From Paraspadella gotoi (lineage: Eukaryota; Animalia; Chaetognatha), in assembly GCA_051294375.1 (NCBI GenBank), contig CM119267.1:2726290-2745757 (forward strand): DNA of 19,468 nucleotides, read 5' to 3'. The position numbers and the translations under genes were made by a program. This document shows positions 19,180-19,468 of this stretch, in pieces. The number at the start of each line of letters is the position of its first letter. The first letter of the stretch is position 1. The notes beneath the pieces were generated by a model that saw only the letters and a list, made by a program, of their open reading frames with translations, made no database searches and had not been told where the DNA came from.

Positions 19180-19468
19180 TTTCATTCCCCGGTTCCATTC
19201 CATATTTCCATATATTTGAACTTCATCAAATTTACATATTTCTTTTCTGCCTTTTCCTTTGCTCTTCTCCCTTTTCCTTTTTCCATCTCTTTCCATATAT
19301 TAAAACCTTTTTATCTTTCCTCCTCTCTCTTTCCATATCTTTCCATATCATTACATCTTTCAACTTCTTTCAATGTCTTTTTAGCTCTGTGTTCTATATC
19401 TTTCCATCTTTCAAACTCGTTCCATCTCTATTCAGCTCTATCCATCTTTTCACCTTTCACTTTCCAAA
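19180..19468. repeat. Degenerate pyrimidine-rich TTTCCAT(A/C)T repeat
   Basis: Recurring TTCCATATC/TTCCATCT motifs to the window end. Confidence 0.7.

Overview
AT-rich, microsatellite-dense eukaryotic scaffold, probably from an invertebrate animal (inference from its repeat types). I can recognise no protein-coding gene; the ORF track is almost entirely low-complexity translation of simple repeats. The window holds several Helentron/DINE-1-like non-autonomous elements, two copies of a tRNA-headed SINE-like element and several minisatellites. Two indel-rich duplications beside 25-N gaps look like long-read gap-filling artefacts (8890-9260 inverted; 16021-18109 tandem). Short GC-richer unique islands carry strong motif clusters. 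The most striking is 2549-2919: eight GGTAAG plus about five weaker 5' splice-site motifs, all on the + strand, downstream of a long polypyrimidine tract and stops in all three frames. It is a candidate multi-donor poison/decoy exon or U1 snRNP-binding array. Other islands hold a 5' splice site locked in a hairpin by a U1-like anti-sequence (3816-3848), chained DR5 AGGTCA half-sites (7020-7058, 456-472), a YY1/PHO GCCAT cluster that is also a 54-codon ORF with five in-frame ATGs (7500-7664), and an inverted TGATTAAT pair next to TGACA (9599-9645). All functional interpretations are inferences from sequence alone.
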